DNA of 27,768 bases, taken from NCBI GenBank assembly GCA_963978095.1, contig CAXBQP010000041.1:1-27768 (forward strand), read 5' to 3'. Below the pieces are notes generated by a model. That model was not told the origin of the DNA. It saw only the letters and a program-made list of their open reading frames with translations, and did not search any database. Below, piece after piece: positions 17,549 to 25,678 of this stretch. Within the stretch, counting starts at the first letter, position 1. Each line of letters opens with the position of its first letter. A program made the position numbers and the translations under genes. This DNA comes from an uncultured bacterium (lineage in GTDB: Bacteria; Gemmatimonadota; Gemmatimonadetes; Gemmatimonadales; Gemmatimonadaceae).

Positions 17549-17758
17549 TCACGATTCGGTGTCGTGACCGACGCGCACGTGGCGCGACCGCACACCGTAC
17601 CAGCGCAGGATTGCCCAGCTCACTGCCATGGCAATCATCACGGTGATGACCATCTCGCGTACCGCGAGTCGATCGTCGATCCGGAAGAGTCCGTGGACGG
17701 CGAGCACATTCCAAATCGTCGCGAGCGTCGCCCGCGTCCAACGTGTCAGCGCGTGCAT
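17549..17758 (-). CDS. Small (69 aa) membrane protein, candidate immunity protein
   Basis: GGAG RBS 8 nt upstream; starts 22 nt after the lipoprotein stop; amphipathic N-helix plus TM helix MVITVMIAMAVSWAILRWY and a basic tail. Confidence 0.6.
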   Translation of the reverse strand: MHALTRWTRATLATIWNVLAVHGLFRIDDRLAVREMVITVMIAMAVSWAILRWYGVRSRHVRVGHDTES

Positions 17759-17780
17759 GTCGTGAGCTCCGATGGCGACA

Positions 17781-18740
17781 TCAACTGAGGAAATACGCGA
17801 GGCTGGCCACCACTCCGGTCAGCATGCACCCGGCAGCCATGGGGCGCCAATCGGCGGTGATCTTGCTCAGGTACGGCAACGCCGCCACACACCCTTTGAC
17901 GTCGGTTTGCACGAACCGGCCGAAGGTCTTGGTCGCGGTCGACCGAAATAGCGCCATGGCGTACGGGGCCTCGCCCGCCAGCGTGCCGCCGGCCGCCGTG
18001 GTCTCACTCCACAGCTCGGCGGACCCCTGCGCCAGCGACGCCGCGCTGTAGACGGCCACTTGATCCAGGCCTTCCAGCAACGCGGCTTCCCCGGCGGCAT
18101 CGGCGATCGCGGTGAACACCTCCCCTTGGTCGGCGGCCGCACCGATCCTGTCCACCATCCGATCGATCACCGCTTGTGCGGCGGCCGAATACGCGTCGCT
18201 GCTGTGGGCAGGCGCGAAGCGCGCGCCGAGATTCAGGACGCGATCGAGTTTCCATACCGAGAGGGTCGGCACCCGCTCCCCGCGGCAGCGAGCGGCCGTC
18301 CGGATCACGGGACCGACATCGCGCATCGTTTGATGTCCCCGCCCCTCCGGCAGGTTCACACGCCGCATGCTCGGCGCGAGTTCACGATCCACCAGCGCGA
18401 TCGTCCATTGGCAGTCCTGCCGCATGTGCAGTGCCAGTGCGGGGTCGGTCCCGTGCGCGCGCTGAAACTCCTGGATTCCGACGCGCATGATGCGGTTGTG
18501 CTCTTCGCCGATCCAGCGGTAGTCGTCGGGAATCCGTCGGCGCGGGTCGGGTTCCGGGCGTCGCACCGAAGCGCCGGCACCCGGCGCCGAAGCGAGCGGG
18601 GCAGCGAGCGCGCGCGCGTCGGCGATCGCCGTCGTTCGCGCGACCGCGGTGGGAGGTTGAGGATCGCTGCATGCGGACATGACGACCACCGTCGCCGAGC
18701 CGATCACCGCGATTCCAGCTGCGATTCTGAACGGGTGCAT
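17781..18740 (-). CDS. Hypothetical lipoprotein (319 aa) with helical body and hydrophobic two-Cys C-terminal tail
   Basis: GGAG RBS 6 nt before ATG 18740; lipobox VMSA-C; WIGEEHN motif; ends KTFGRFVQTDVKGCVAALPYLSKITADWRPMAAGCMLTGVVASLAYFLS. Confidence 0.75.
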   Translation of the reverse strand: MHPFRIAAGIAVIGSATVVVMSACSDPQPPTAVARTTAIADARALAAPLASAPGAGASVRRPEPDPRRRIPDDYRWIGEEHNRIMRVGIQEFQRAHGTDPALALHMRQDCQWTIALVDRELAPSMRRVNLPEGRGHQTMRDVGPVIRTAARCRGERVPTLSVWKLDRVLNLGARFAPAHSSDAYSAAAQAVIDRMVDRIGAAADQGEVFTAIADAAGEAALLEGLDQVAVYSAASLAQGSAELWSETTAAGGTLAGEAPYAMALFRSTATKTFGRFVQTDVKGCVAALPYLSKITADWRPMAAGCMLTGVVASLAYFLS

Positions 18741-18783
18741 TGGAAACTCCATGTGCAAAAGGTGGAGCGCTGGCGGTGCGCGA

Positions 18784-19461
18784 TCACCGACCGAACCCGG
18801 GTGTCAGCACGACGGCATTGAACGCCGCATGGGCGAACATCGGGGCGAGCAACGACCGACTCCGCAACGCGACAAAGCCCAACACGAGCCCCGCGACGCC
18901 GCGTTGACAGGCGACTGCGAGGGAACCATCCGGCGTGAGCAGCGAGTCATGAGCAGCCGCGAACGCGACACTGCCCAGTAGGAGTGCGAGCGCCACGCGA
19001 CCCTCGGCGCGCACTTTGCAAGCGGGGAGCAGGCGCACCAGCGCCATCAACAAGACCCCGCGATAGGCGAACTCCTCGGTGGCGGCCGGGAGCACGATCC
19101 CCGCGAGTGCCGCTCCCAGCGGCGGTGTGTCCAACGCAAGCACCGCGGCCGGAACAAAGAGGGCAATCGCGATCACGACGCAGAGCACCGCGTCCTGCGA
19201 CCAGCTCATCACCTCGTCGAGGTCCAGCGCGCCCCAGGTGGGATGCCCGCTCACGCCGCCGGCCACCGCCAACGACATCGCGAACAGCAACAGGGCACCG
19301 CTGATGGCCGCCGCGGTCGGGTCGCCGATCCACGCGGTGAGCCCCGCGCGGACGAAGTGAGGCACCACGCCGAACCCGACCACCAGGCAGAGCGCCGCTC
19401 CGCGGGCGCGCGCCGAACGCGGGACACGTACCGACGAAACAACCAAGGGCATCGACGTCAC
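18784..19461 (-). CDS. CPBP (CAAX protease/Abi) intramembrane glutamic endopeptidase
   Basis: Polytopic membrane protein with the family motifs EEFAYRG (EExxxR), FAAAH (FxxxH) and AHAAFN (HxxxN); GGAG RBS 7 nt before GTG 19461. Confidence 0.85.
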   Translation of the reverse strand: MTSMPLVVSSVRVPRSARARGAALCLVVGFGVVPHFVRAGLTAWIGDPTAAAISGALLLFAMSLAVAGGVSGHPTWGALDLDEVMSWSQDAVLCVVIAIALFVPAAVLALDTPPLGAALAGIVLPAATEEFAYRGVLLMALVRLLPACKVRAEGRVALALLLGSVAFAAAHDSLLTPDGSLAVACQRGVAGLVLGFVALRSRSLLAPMFAHAAFNAVVLTPGFGR

Positions 19462-19508
19462 GTTCGGGCTCCAGGAGGCGGGGGCCAGCGGTCAGGGGCA
19501 GATTCCCG

Positions 19509-19543
19509 CCGTCGCGATTTCGACGGCCGCCATGCCGGCCACG
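19509..19543 (+). repeat. Degenerate direct copy of the 5' half of the downstream SAM-II riboswitch
   Basis: CCGTcGCGATTTCGAcGGCcgccaTGCcGGCCACG versus CCGTgGCGATTTCGA-GGCaaatTGC-GGCCACG at 19686-19717. Confidence 0.5.
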
Positions 19544-19638
19544 ACCCGATGATGCCACGCAGTCGGGTCCGGTGTGTCATCAGAAGCCCGCAAACCGGAC
19601 CAATCGATTGCTGCACCCTCCGCCACCGCACCCGAAAC

Positions 19639-19666
19639 TTGACATATCCGTTCATCCGGATATACT
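19639..19666 (+). promoter_or_regulatory. sigma70 promoter of metF-metH (TTGACA-N16-TATACT)
   Basis: Perfect -35 TTGACA at 19639-19644 and -10 TATACT at 19661-19666 in an AT-rich patch, about 20 nt upstream of the riboswitch. Confidence 0.75.
19644..19663. promoter_or_regulatory. 20-bp palindromic operator ATATCCG-N6-CGGATAT (SahR/SamR-like ArsR-family methionine regulator site)
   Basis: Perfect 7-bp inverted repeat spanning the promoter spacer and overlapping both hexamers, upstream of methionine-cycle genes. Confidence 0.65.
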
Positions 19667-19685
19667 GATATAAGACAGCTGACCA

Positions 19686-19738
19686 CCGTGGCGATTTCGA
19701 GGCAAATTGCGGCCACGCTAAACAATCGCTAAAGCGCC
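19686..19738 (+). ncRNA. SAM-II (SAM_alpha) riboswitch
   Basis: CCGTGGCGATTT...ATTGCGGCCACGCTAAACAATCGCTAAAG. P1 is CGTGGC/GCCACG; conserved GATTT loop, TTGC, pseudoknot ATTG/CAAT and 3' GCTAAA. Lies between the promoter and metF. Confidence 0.85.
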
Positions 19739-19825
19739 GCCCCGGTGCGCCTCGCAGCCTGCCACCGTTGGCGATCCGTGGTTTGGCGGTCGGGGGCTCG
19801 ATCCCATCGCCGTTGGCCCGCGCTC

Positions 19826-20707
19826 GTGACCGCTTCCTTCCCGGCTCCGCCGTTCAACATCTCCTTCGAATTCTTCCCGCCGAAGACGGCGGAGATGGAG
19901 GAGACCCTGTGGCGCGCCATCCAGCGCCTCGAACCCCTCGCCCCGACCTTCGTATCGGTCACGTATGGCGCCGGCGGCAGCACACGCGAGCGCACGCACA
20001 ACACGGTGCATCGGCTGATCCAGGAGACCACGCTCGTCCCCGCCGCGCATCTGACCTGTGTGGCAGCCACCCGCGCCGAAGTGGATGCGGTCGCCGATGA
20101 CTATTGGAACTGCGGGGTGCGCCACATCGTGGCCCTGCGTGGCGACCCCCCGGCGGACGGCGATCGGTACATCCCGCACGCCGGCGGCTATGCCTACGCG
20201 TCGGATCTCGTCGCGGGACTCAAGGCGCGACACGACTTCGAAATCAGCGTCGCGACCAACCCGGAGGGGCACCCCCAGTCGGCCTCCCTCGACGACGAGA
20301 TCGACAACCTCAAACGCAAGATCGACGCGGGAGCCACGAGGGCGATCACGCAGTTCTTCTTCGACAATCGTGCCTACCTGCGCTTCGTCGACCGCGCCCG
20401 GAAGGCCGGGGTGAACATCCCGATCGTCCCGGGCATCATGCCGGTCTCGAACTTCGTCCGGACCGCACTGATGGCCGAGAAGGCTGGTGCGAGCGTGCCT
20501 CGGAGCGTCGCGAAGCGGTTCGAAGGACTGGAACACGATGTCGAGACTCGGCGGTTGGTCGCCGTGGCGGTGGCCGCGGACCAGTGTCAGCAACTCGCCG
20601 AGGCGGGCGTGAGCGACTTCCATTTTTACACGCTCAATCGCGCCGATCTCACCTACGCCCTCTGTCATTATCTGGGGCTGCGTCCCCGCCCGACGACCCC
20701 GTCATGA
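19826..20707 (+). CDS. metF: 5,10-methylenetetrahydrofolate reductase
   Basis: [38 protein letters not shown]...ITQFFF, PGIMP and HFYTLN. Start uncertain (GTG 19826; in-frame alternatives 19745 and 19778). Confidence 0.95.
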   Translation: MTASFPAPPFNISFEFFPPKTAEMEETLWRAIQRLEPLAPTFVSVTYGAGGSTRERTHNTVHRLIQETTLVPAAHLTCVAATRAEVDAVADDYWNCGVRHIVALRGDPPADGDRYIPHAGGYAYASDLVAGLKARHDFEISVATNPEGHPQSASLDDEIDNLKRKIDAGATRAITQFFFDNRAYLRFVDRARKAGVNIPIVPGIMPVSNFVRTALMAEKAGASVPRSVAKRFEGLEHDVETRRLVAVAVAADQCQQLAEAGVSDFHFYTLNRADLTYALCHYLGLRPRPTTPS

Positions 20708-23700
20708 CCGACGTCTCGCCATTCACACGCGCGTCACGACTCGCGCAGCTCGACCGCCTCGCCGACGAACGGATCCTGATCCTCGACGGCGCCATGGGGA
20801 CCGAAATCCAGAAGTTCCGACTCGTCGAAGCCGATTACCGCGGCACGCGGTTCGCCGACTGGCCGAAGGAACTCAAGGGGAACAACGACCTCCTGAACCT
20901 CACGCGGCCGGACGTCATCCGCACGCTCGAGCAGCGCTATCTCGAGGCAGGCGCCGACATCATCGAGACCAATACCTTCAGTTGCACGCGCGTGGCGATG
21001 GCGGACTACGGCATGGAGTCGCTCGCCGCCGAGCTGGCCGAGGCAGGCGCGCGGATCGCGCGCACGCTCTGCGACGAGTTCGAAGCGCGCGACGGCCGCC
21101 CGCGCTACGTGGCCGGTGTCCTCGGCCCCACGAACCGCTCCGCCGGCATCTCGCCGAAGGTCGAGGACGCGGGATTCCGCAACATCACCTTCGACGATCT
21201 CGTTCACGACTACGCCGAGAACGCGCGCGCCCTCATCGCCGGTGGCGCCGACCTGCTGTTGATCGAGACGATCTTCGACACGCTGAACGCCAAGGCGGCG
21301 GTCTTCGCCGTGGAGCAGGTCTTCCTCGAGGACGGCGTGCGATTCCCGGTGATGATCAGCGGCACGATCACGGACCAGAGCGGACGCACACTCACGGGGC
21401 AGACCACGGAAGCGTTCTTCAACTCGCTCGCGCATGCGCGTCCCTGGTCGATCGGGCTCAACTGCGCCCTCGGTGCCCGCGATCTGCGCGGCTACATCCA
21501 GGAGCTCGCACGGGTGGCCCCCTGCCGCATCAGCGTGCATCCGAACGCCGGTCTGCCGAACGAGATGGGCGGCTACGACGAGACGCCGGCCTTCACTTCG
21601 GGCGTCCTGCGCGAGTTCGCCGAGGCCGGGTTGGTGAACGTGGTGGGGGGGTGCTGCGGCACCACGCCTGACCACATCAAGGCGATCGCCGATGCGATGG
21701 TCGGCGTGAAGCCGCATCTGCCGACGCCGCCCGAGCCGACGCTCCGCCTCTCCGGGCTCGAGCCGTTCACGCTCACCGGCACCACGAACTTCGTGAACGT
21801 GGGGGAGCGCACCAACGTCACCGGTTCGGCGAAGTTCAAGAAACTGATCCTCAACGGCGAGTACGACGCGGCACTGGAGGTCGCCCGCCAGCAGATCGAG
21901 GCGGGGGCGGTGATCATCGACATCAACTTCGATGAAGGGATGCTGGACGCCGAGGAGGCCATGCGGACCTTCCTCAACCTCGCCGCCGCCGAACCGGCGA
22001 TCGCGCGCGTGCCCTTCATGCTCGACTCGTCCAAGTGGAAGGTGATCGAGACCGGGCTCAAGTGCGTCCAGGGCAAGGCGATCGTGAACTCCATCTCGCT
22101 CAAGGAAGGCGAAGAGGAGTTCATCCGCCAGGCGATGCTCGTGCGGCGCTACGGCGCGGCGGTGATCGTCATGGCGTTCGACGAGCAGGGACAAGCCGAC
22201 ACCGTCGACCGGAAACTCGCGATCAGCGAGCGGGCGTATCGGATCCTGGTGGAGCGCGTGGGCTTCCCGCCCGAGGACATCATCTTCGATCCGAACATCT
22301 TCGCGATCGCGACCGGCATCGAGGAGCACAACAACTACGCCGTCGACTTCATCGAGGCCACGCGGCAGATCAAGGCGCGGCTCCCGTACGCGCGCGTGAG
22401 CGGCGGGGTGAGCAACGTCTCCTTCTCGTTCCGCGGCAACAACCCGGTGCGCGAGGCGATCCATGCCGTGTTCCTCTACCACGCCGTGCAGGCGGGGATG
22501 GACATGGGGATCGTGAACGCCGGCGCGCTCACCCTTTATTCGGACATCCCGCCGCAGCTGCTGGAGCGCGTGGAGGATGTGGTGCTCAACCGTCGACCGG
22601 ATGCGACGGAGCGCCTGCTGGAAGTGGCCGACAGTGTAAAGGGGGAGGCGAGCACCAAGGGCGCGGATCTTGGCTGGCGCAACGGGACGGTCCATGAACG
22701 GCTCGCCCACGCGCTCGTCCACGGCATCGCCGAGTTCGTCGTCGAGGACACCGAGGAAGCGCGCCATCTGGCCGAGCGCCCCATCGAGGTGATCGAAGGA
22801 CCGCTGATGTCGGGAATGAACATCGTCGGCGACCTGTTCGGCTCGGGGAAGATGTTCCTCCCGCAGGTCGTGAAGAGCGCGCGCGTGATGAAGCGCGCCG
22901 TGGCGCACCTGATCCCGTACATCGAAGCGGAGAAGCTCGCCAATGCCGACACGCGTGCCAAGGGGAAGGTGCTCATGGCCACCGTCAAGGGGGACGTGCA
23001 CGACATCGGCAAGAACATCGTGGGCGTCGTGTTGCAGTGCAACAACTACGAGGTGATCGACCTCGGCGTCATGGTTCCGTGCTCCAAGATCCTGCAAGTC
23101 GCGCGCGACGAGCAGGTCGACATCATCGGTCTCTCCGGGCTGATCACCCCGTCGCTCGAGGAGATGTCGTTCGTCGCGGCCGAGATGGAGCGCGAAGGGT
23201 TCTCGATCCCGCTGATGATCGGCGGCGCGACCACGAGCAAGGTGCACACCGCTGTGCGCGTGGAGCCGAACTACAGGCGCGGACCGGTCGTGCACGTGCT
23301 CGACGCGTCGCGCGCCGTGGGCGTCGCCAGCAATCTCCTGTCCGACAACTTGCGCGATGCCTTCGTGCAGGAGACCCGGGACGAGTACGCCGAGGTCCGG
23401 GTGCGCCGAGCCGAACGTCAGCAGGAGATCAAGCGGCAGCCGCTCGAGGCCGCGCGCGCGACCAAATCCGCGCCGACATGGACCGCGGCGCCCACGCCGG
23501 AGGTCCAGGGACTGCACACGATCGACGATCGCGAGCTGCCGCTGGGAGAGCTCGTCCCGCGCATCGACTGGACGCCATTCTTCCAGACGTGGGAACTCGC
23601 CGGTCATTACCCCACGATCCTCGAGGATCCAGTCGTGGGCGAGAGTGCGCGCAATGTGTTCGCCGATGCCCAGACGATGCTCCGGAAGATCGTCGAGGAG

Positions 23701-24429
23701 CGTTGGCTGCAGGCTCGCGCCGTGATCGGCTTTTTCCCCGCCAACTCGGACGGGGCGGAGGACATCCACCTCTGGCCGGTGGGACATGACGCGGCCACGG
23801 CGCCCGCCCCGCACGCCACGCTCCATACGCTGCGCCAGCAGATGGTGAAGGCCGACGGACGCCCGAACCATGCGCTGGCGGATTTCGTCGCCCCGGTGGA
23901 GAGCGGCATCACGGACTGGATGGGGCTCTTCGCGGTCACGACGGGCATCGGACTCGACGCCAAAGTGGCGGAGTTCGAGGCAGTGCAGGACGACTACAGT
24001 GCCATCATGGTCAAGGCGCTCGCGGATCGATTGGCTGAGGCCGCGGCCGAGCGCCTGCATGAGCGGGTGCGGCGCGAATACTGGGGATACGCCCCGACCG
24101 AGCAGCTCGACAACACGGCATTGATCCACGAACAGTATCAGGGGATCCGGCCGGCGCCAGGATATCCCGCGTGCCCCGATCACACCGAGAAGGGCACCCT
24201 GTTCCGTGTGCTGGAGGCCACGCCGCGCACGGGAATCCGGCTCACCGAAAGCTTCGCCATGGTCCCCACGGCAGCGGTCAGCGGTTACTACTTCTGGCGC
24301 CCGGAGGCCCAGTATTTCGGCGTCGGCAAGATCGAGCGCGATCAGGTGGAGTCGTATGCGCGCCGCAAGGGCGTTTCGCAGGCCGAAGCGGAGCGATGGC
24401 TAGCGCCGAACCTGAACTACGAACGATAA
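20704..24429 (+). CDS. metH: Cobalamin-dependent methionine synthase
   Basis: ATG 20704 overlaps the metF TGA. DGAMGT, GLNC and GGCCGT (Hcy/Zn), GERTN (pterin), [13 protein letters not shown] and SGLITPS (B12) and [12 protein letters not shown] (reactivation); 1241 aa. Confidence 0.97.
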   Translation: MTDVSPFTRASRLAQLDRLADERILILDGAMGTEIQKFRLVEADYRGTRFADWPKELKGNNDLLNLTRPDVIRTLEQRYLEAGADIIETNTFSCTRVAMADYGMESLAAELAEAGARIARTLCDEFEARDGRPRYVAGVLGPTNRSAGISPKVEDAGFRNITFDDLVHDYAENARALIAGGADLLLIETIFDTLNAKAAVFAVEQVFLEDGVRFPVMISGTITDQSGRTLTGQTTEAFFNSLAHARPWSIGLNCALGARDLRGYIQELARVAPCRISVHPNAGLPNEMGGYDETPAFTSGVLREFAEAGLVNVVGGCCGTTPDHIKAIADAMVGVKPHLPTPPEPTLRLSGLEPFTLTGTTNFVNVGERTNVTGSAKFKKLILNGEYDAALEVARQQIEAGAVIIDINFDEGMLDAEEAMRTFLNLAAAEPAIARVPFMLDSSKWKVIETGLKCVQGKAIVNSISLKEGEEEFIRQAMLVRRYGAAVIVMAFDEQGQADTVDRKLAISERAYRILVERVGFPPEDIIFDPNIFAIATGIEEHNNYAVDFIEATRQIKARLPYARVSGGVSNVSFSFRGNNPVREAIHAVFLYHAVQAGMDMGIVNAGALTLYSDIPPQLLERVEDVVLNRRPDATERLLEVADSVKGEASTKGADLGWRNGTVHERLAHALVHGIAEFVVEDTEEARHLAERPIEVIEGPLMSGMNIVGDLFGSGKMFLPQVVKSARVMKRAVAHLIPYIEAEKLANADTRAKGKVLMATVKGDVHDIGKNIVGVVLQCNNYEVIDLGVMVPCSKILQVARDEQVDIIGLSGLITPSLEEMSFVAAEMEREGFSIPLMIGGATTSKVHTAVRVEPNYRRGPVVHVLDASRAVGVASNLLSDNLRDAFVQETRDEYAEVRVRRAERQQEIKRQPLEAARATKSAPTWTAAPTPEVQGLHTIDDRELPLGELVPRIDWTPFFQTWELAGHYPTILEDPVVGESARNVFADAQTMLRKIVEERWLQARAVIGFFPANSDGAEDIHLWPVGHDAATAPAPHATLHTLRQQMVKADGRPNHALADFVAPVESGITDWMGLFAVTTGIGLDAKVAEFEAVQDDYSAIMVKALADRLAEAAAERLHERVRREYWGYAPTEQLDNTALIHEQYQGIRPAPGYPACPDHTEKGTLFRVLEATPRTGIRLTESFAMVPTAAVSGYYFWRPEAQYFGVGKIERDQVESYARRKGVSQAEAERWLAPNLNYER

Positions 24430-24435
24430 TTAGGG

Positions 24436-25617
24436 ATGATTCATCCCGTTGCTCCCTCTCCGAACGCGCGCCGCGTCCTCGTCATAGACGACGAACTTGC
24501 CGTCCTCCGCGTCGTCGGTCTCTTGCTGGAGCGAAATGGGTTCTCGGTGGACACGGCGTCGAGTGCACCAGAAGCGCTCGAGTTGCTGAAGACGCGGCGG
24601 TACCAGGTCGTGCTCTCGGACATCATCATGCCCGAACTCTCCGGGGTGGAGTTCCTGCGTGAGATGCGCCGCTACGACTTGGATGTCCCGGTCATCCTGA
24701 TGACGGCGGGCCCGACGCTGGACTCGGCGCTCGACGCGATCTCCTACGGCGCTCAGCAGTATCTCCTGAAGCCGGTGGAGCCCGATGCCTTGGTGCAATC
24801 GGTCGGGCGGGCCGCTGCGCTGGGTGAGTTGGCGCGACTCAAACGCAGTGCGCTGACTTCATCCGCGAAGACCGGGATAGAGCCCCTGCCGTTCGGCGAT
24901 CGCGCGACGCTGGAAGCCGCGTTGACGCGTGCCTTCGACCGCATCACGATCGTGTTCCAACCGATCGTTTCCGTCAGCAGCCGGACGGTCCTCGGCTACG
25001 AAGCGCTGACGCGAGGCGCTGAGGATCTCTTTGCCACGCATGCCCAGGTGCAGGAGGCGGCGGAGCGCATCGGCTGGCGTCCGGCATTCGCGCGGACCGT
25101 GCTGCGTCGCATCGGCGAGTCGATCGCCGATCTTCCCGAGCGCGCGTTGCTGTTCGTGAACATGCACCCGATGGACGCGCAGGACGGACTCCTGGTGGGC
25201 TCCGACGCGCCGCTGGAGCCGATCGCCCGCTCCGTGGTGCTCGAGGTCAGTGAACGTTGCCCGGCGGATCAGCTCTTGGCGGTGGCGCGCGCCGCCGAGC
25301 GTCTGCGTGGGGCGGGGTATCGTCTGGCGATCGATGACTTGGGCACCGGTCCCTCCGGGTTGGCGGCGTCCGCGCGTCTCGCGCCGACGTTCGCCAAGCT
25401 CGACCGCTCCCTCTTCGTGGGATTGGATCGCGATCCGGCCTGCGCCCAAGTGGTGCGTGCGATGGTCGCGCTCTGCCACGAACTCCGGACGACCGTCATC
25501 GCCGCGGGTGTGGAGACCGCCGGGGAACGTGACGCGCTTGCCGCGACCGGCATCGATCTCATGCAGGGCAATTTCTTCAGCACGCCGGCCAAGGGTTTCG
25601 TCACTCCGAGTCTGTGA
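24436..25617 (+). CDS. Response regulator with REC and EAL domains (EAL partly degenerate)
   Basis: REC: IDDE, SDIIMP, MTA, KP. EAL: FQPIV, YEALTR, LFVN, LEVSE, IDDLGTG, KLDR, AAGVET and MQG. Confidence 0.88.
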   Translation: MIHPVAPSPNARRVLVIDDELAVLRVVGLLLERNGFSVDTASSAPEALELLKTRRYQVVLSDIIMPELSGVEFLREMRRYDLDVPVILMTAGPTLDSALDAISYGAQQYLLKPVEPDALVQSVGRAAALGELARLKRSALTSSAKTGIEPLPFGDRATLEAALTRAFDRITIVFQPIVSVSSRTVLGYEALTRGAEDLFATHAQVQEAAERIGWRPAFARTVLRRIGESIADLPERALLFVNMHPMDAQDGLLVGSDAPLEPIARSVVLEVSERCPADQLLAVARAAERLRGAGYRLAIDDLGTGPSGLAASARLAPTFAKLDRSLFVGLDRDPACAQVVRAMVALCHELRTTVIAAGVETAGERDALAATGIDLMQGNFFSTPAKGFVTPSL

Positions 25618-25678
25618 TCACGGAGTCTTCGCCGGGCCTCACTCATTCTCTGCCATCGCACTCCGCAGACCAGGCCCC

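Noticed and set aside
17541..17741. Alternative 66-aa frame of the small gene
   Set aside because: No RBS and an Arg-rich random composition; the 17549-17758 frame has an RBS and a TM helix.
19458..19725. Small minus-strand ORFs (65 and 77 aa) as possible precursor peptides for the CPBP cassette
   Set aside because: They start within the met promoter/operator or riboswitch, lack an RBS and show no leader or core-peptide features; not supportable, though not excluded.
20104..20703. 200-aa N-terminal extension of MetH suggesting a MetF-MetH fusion or frameshift
   Set aside because: It is an alternative frame of metF; MetH starts at ATG 20704 via a standard ATGA overlap.
20734..24183. 1149-aa ORF antisense to metH
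   Set aside because: Shadow ORF arising from GC-biased codon usage of metH; no recognisable motifs and fully overlaps a conserved enzyme.
25250..25678. N-terminal extension of the acyl-CoA dehydrogenase
   Set aside because: Overlaps the REC-EAL gene in another frame; low-complexity Arg/Pro/Ser translation.
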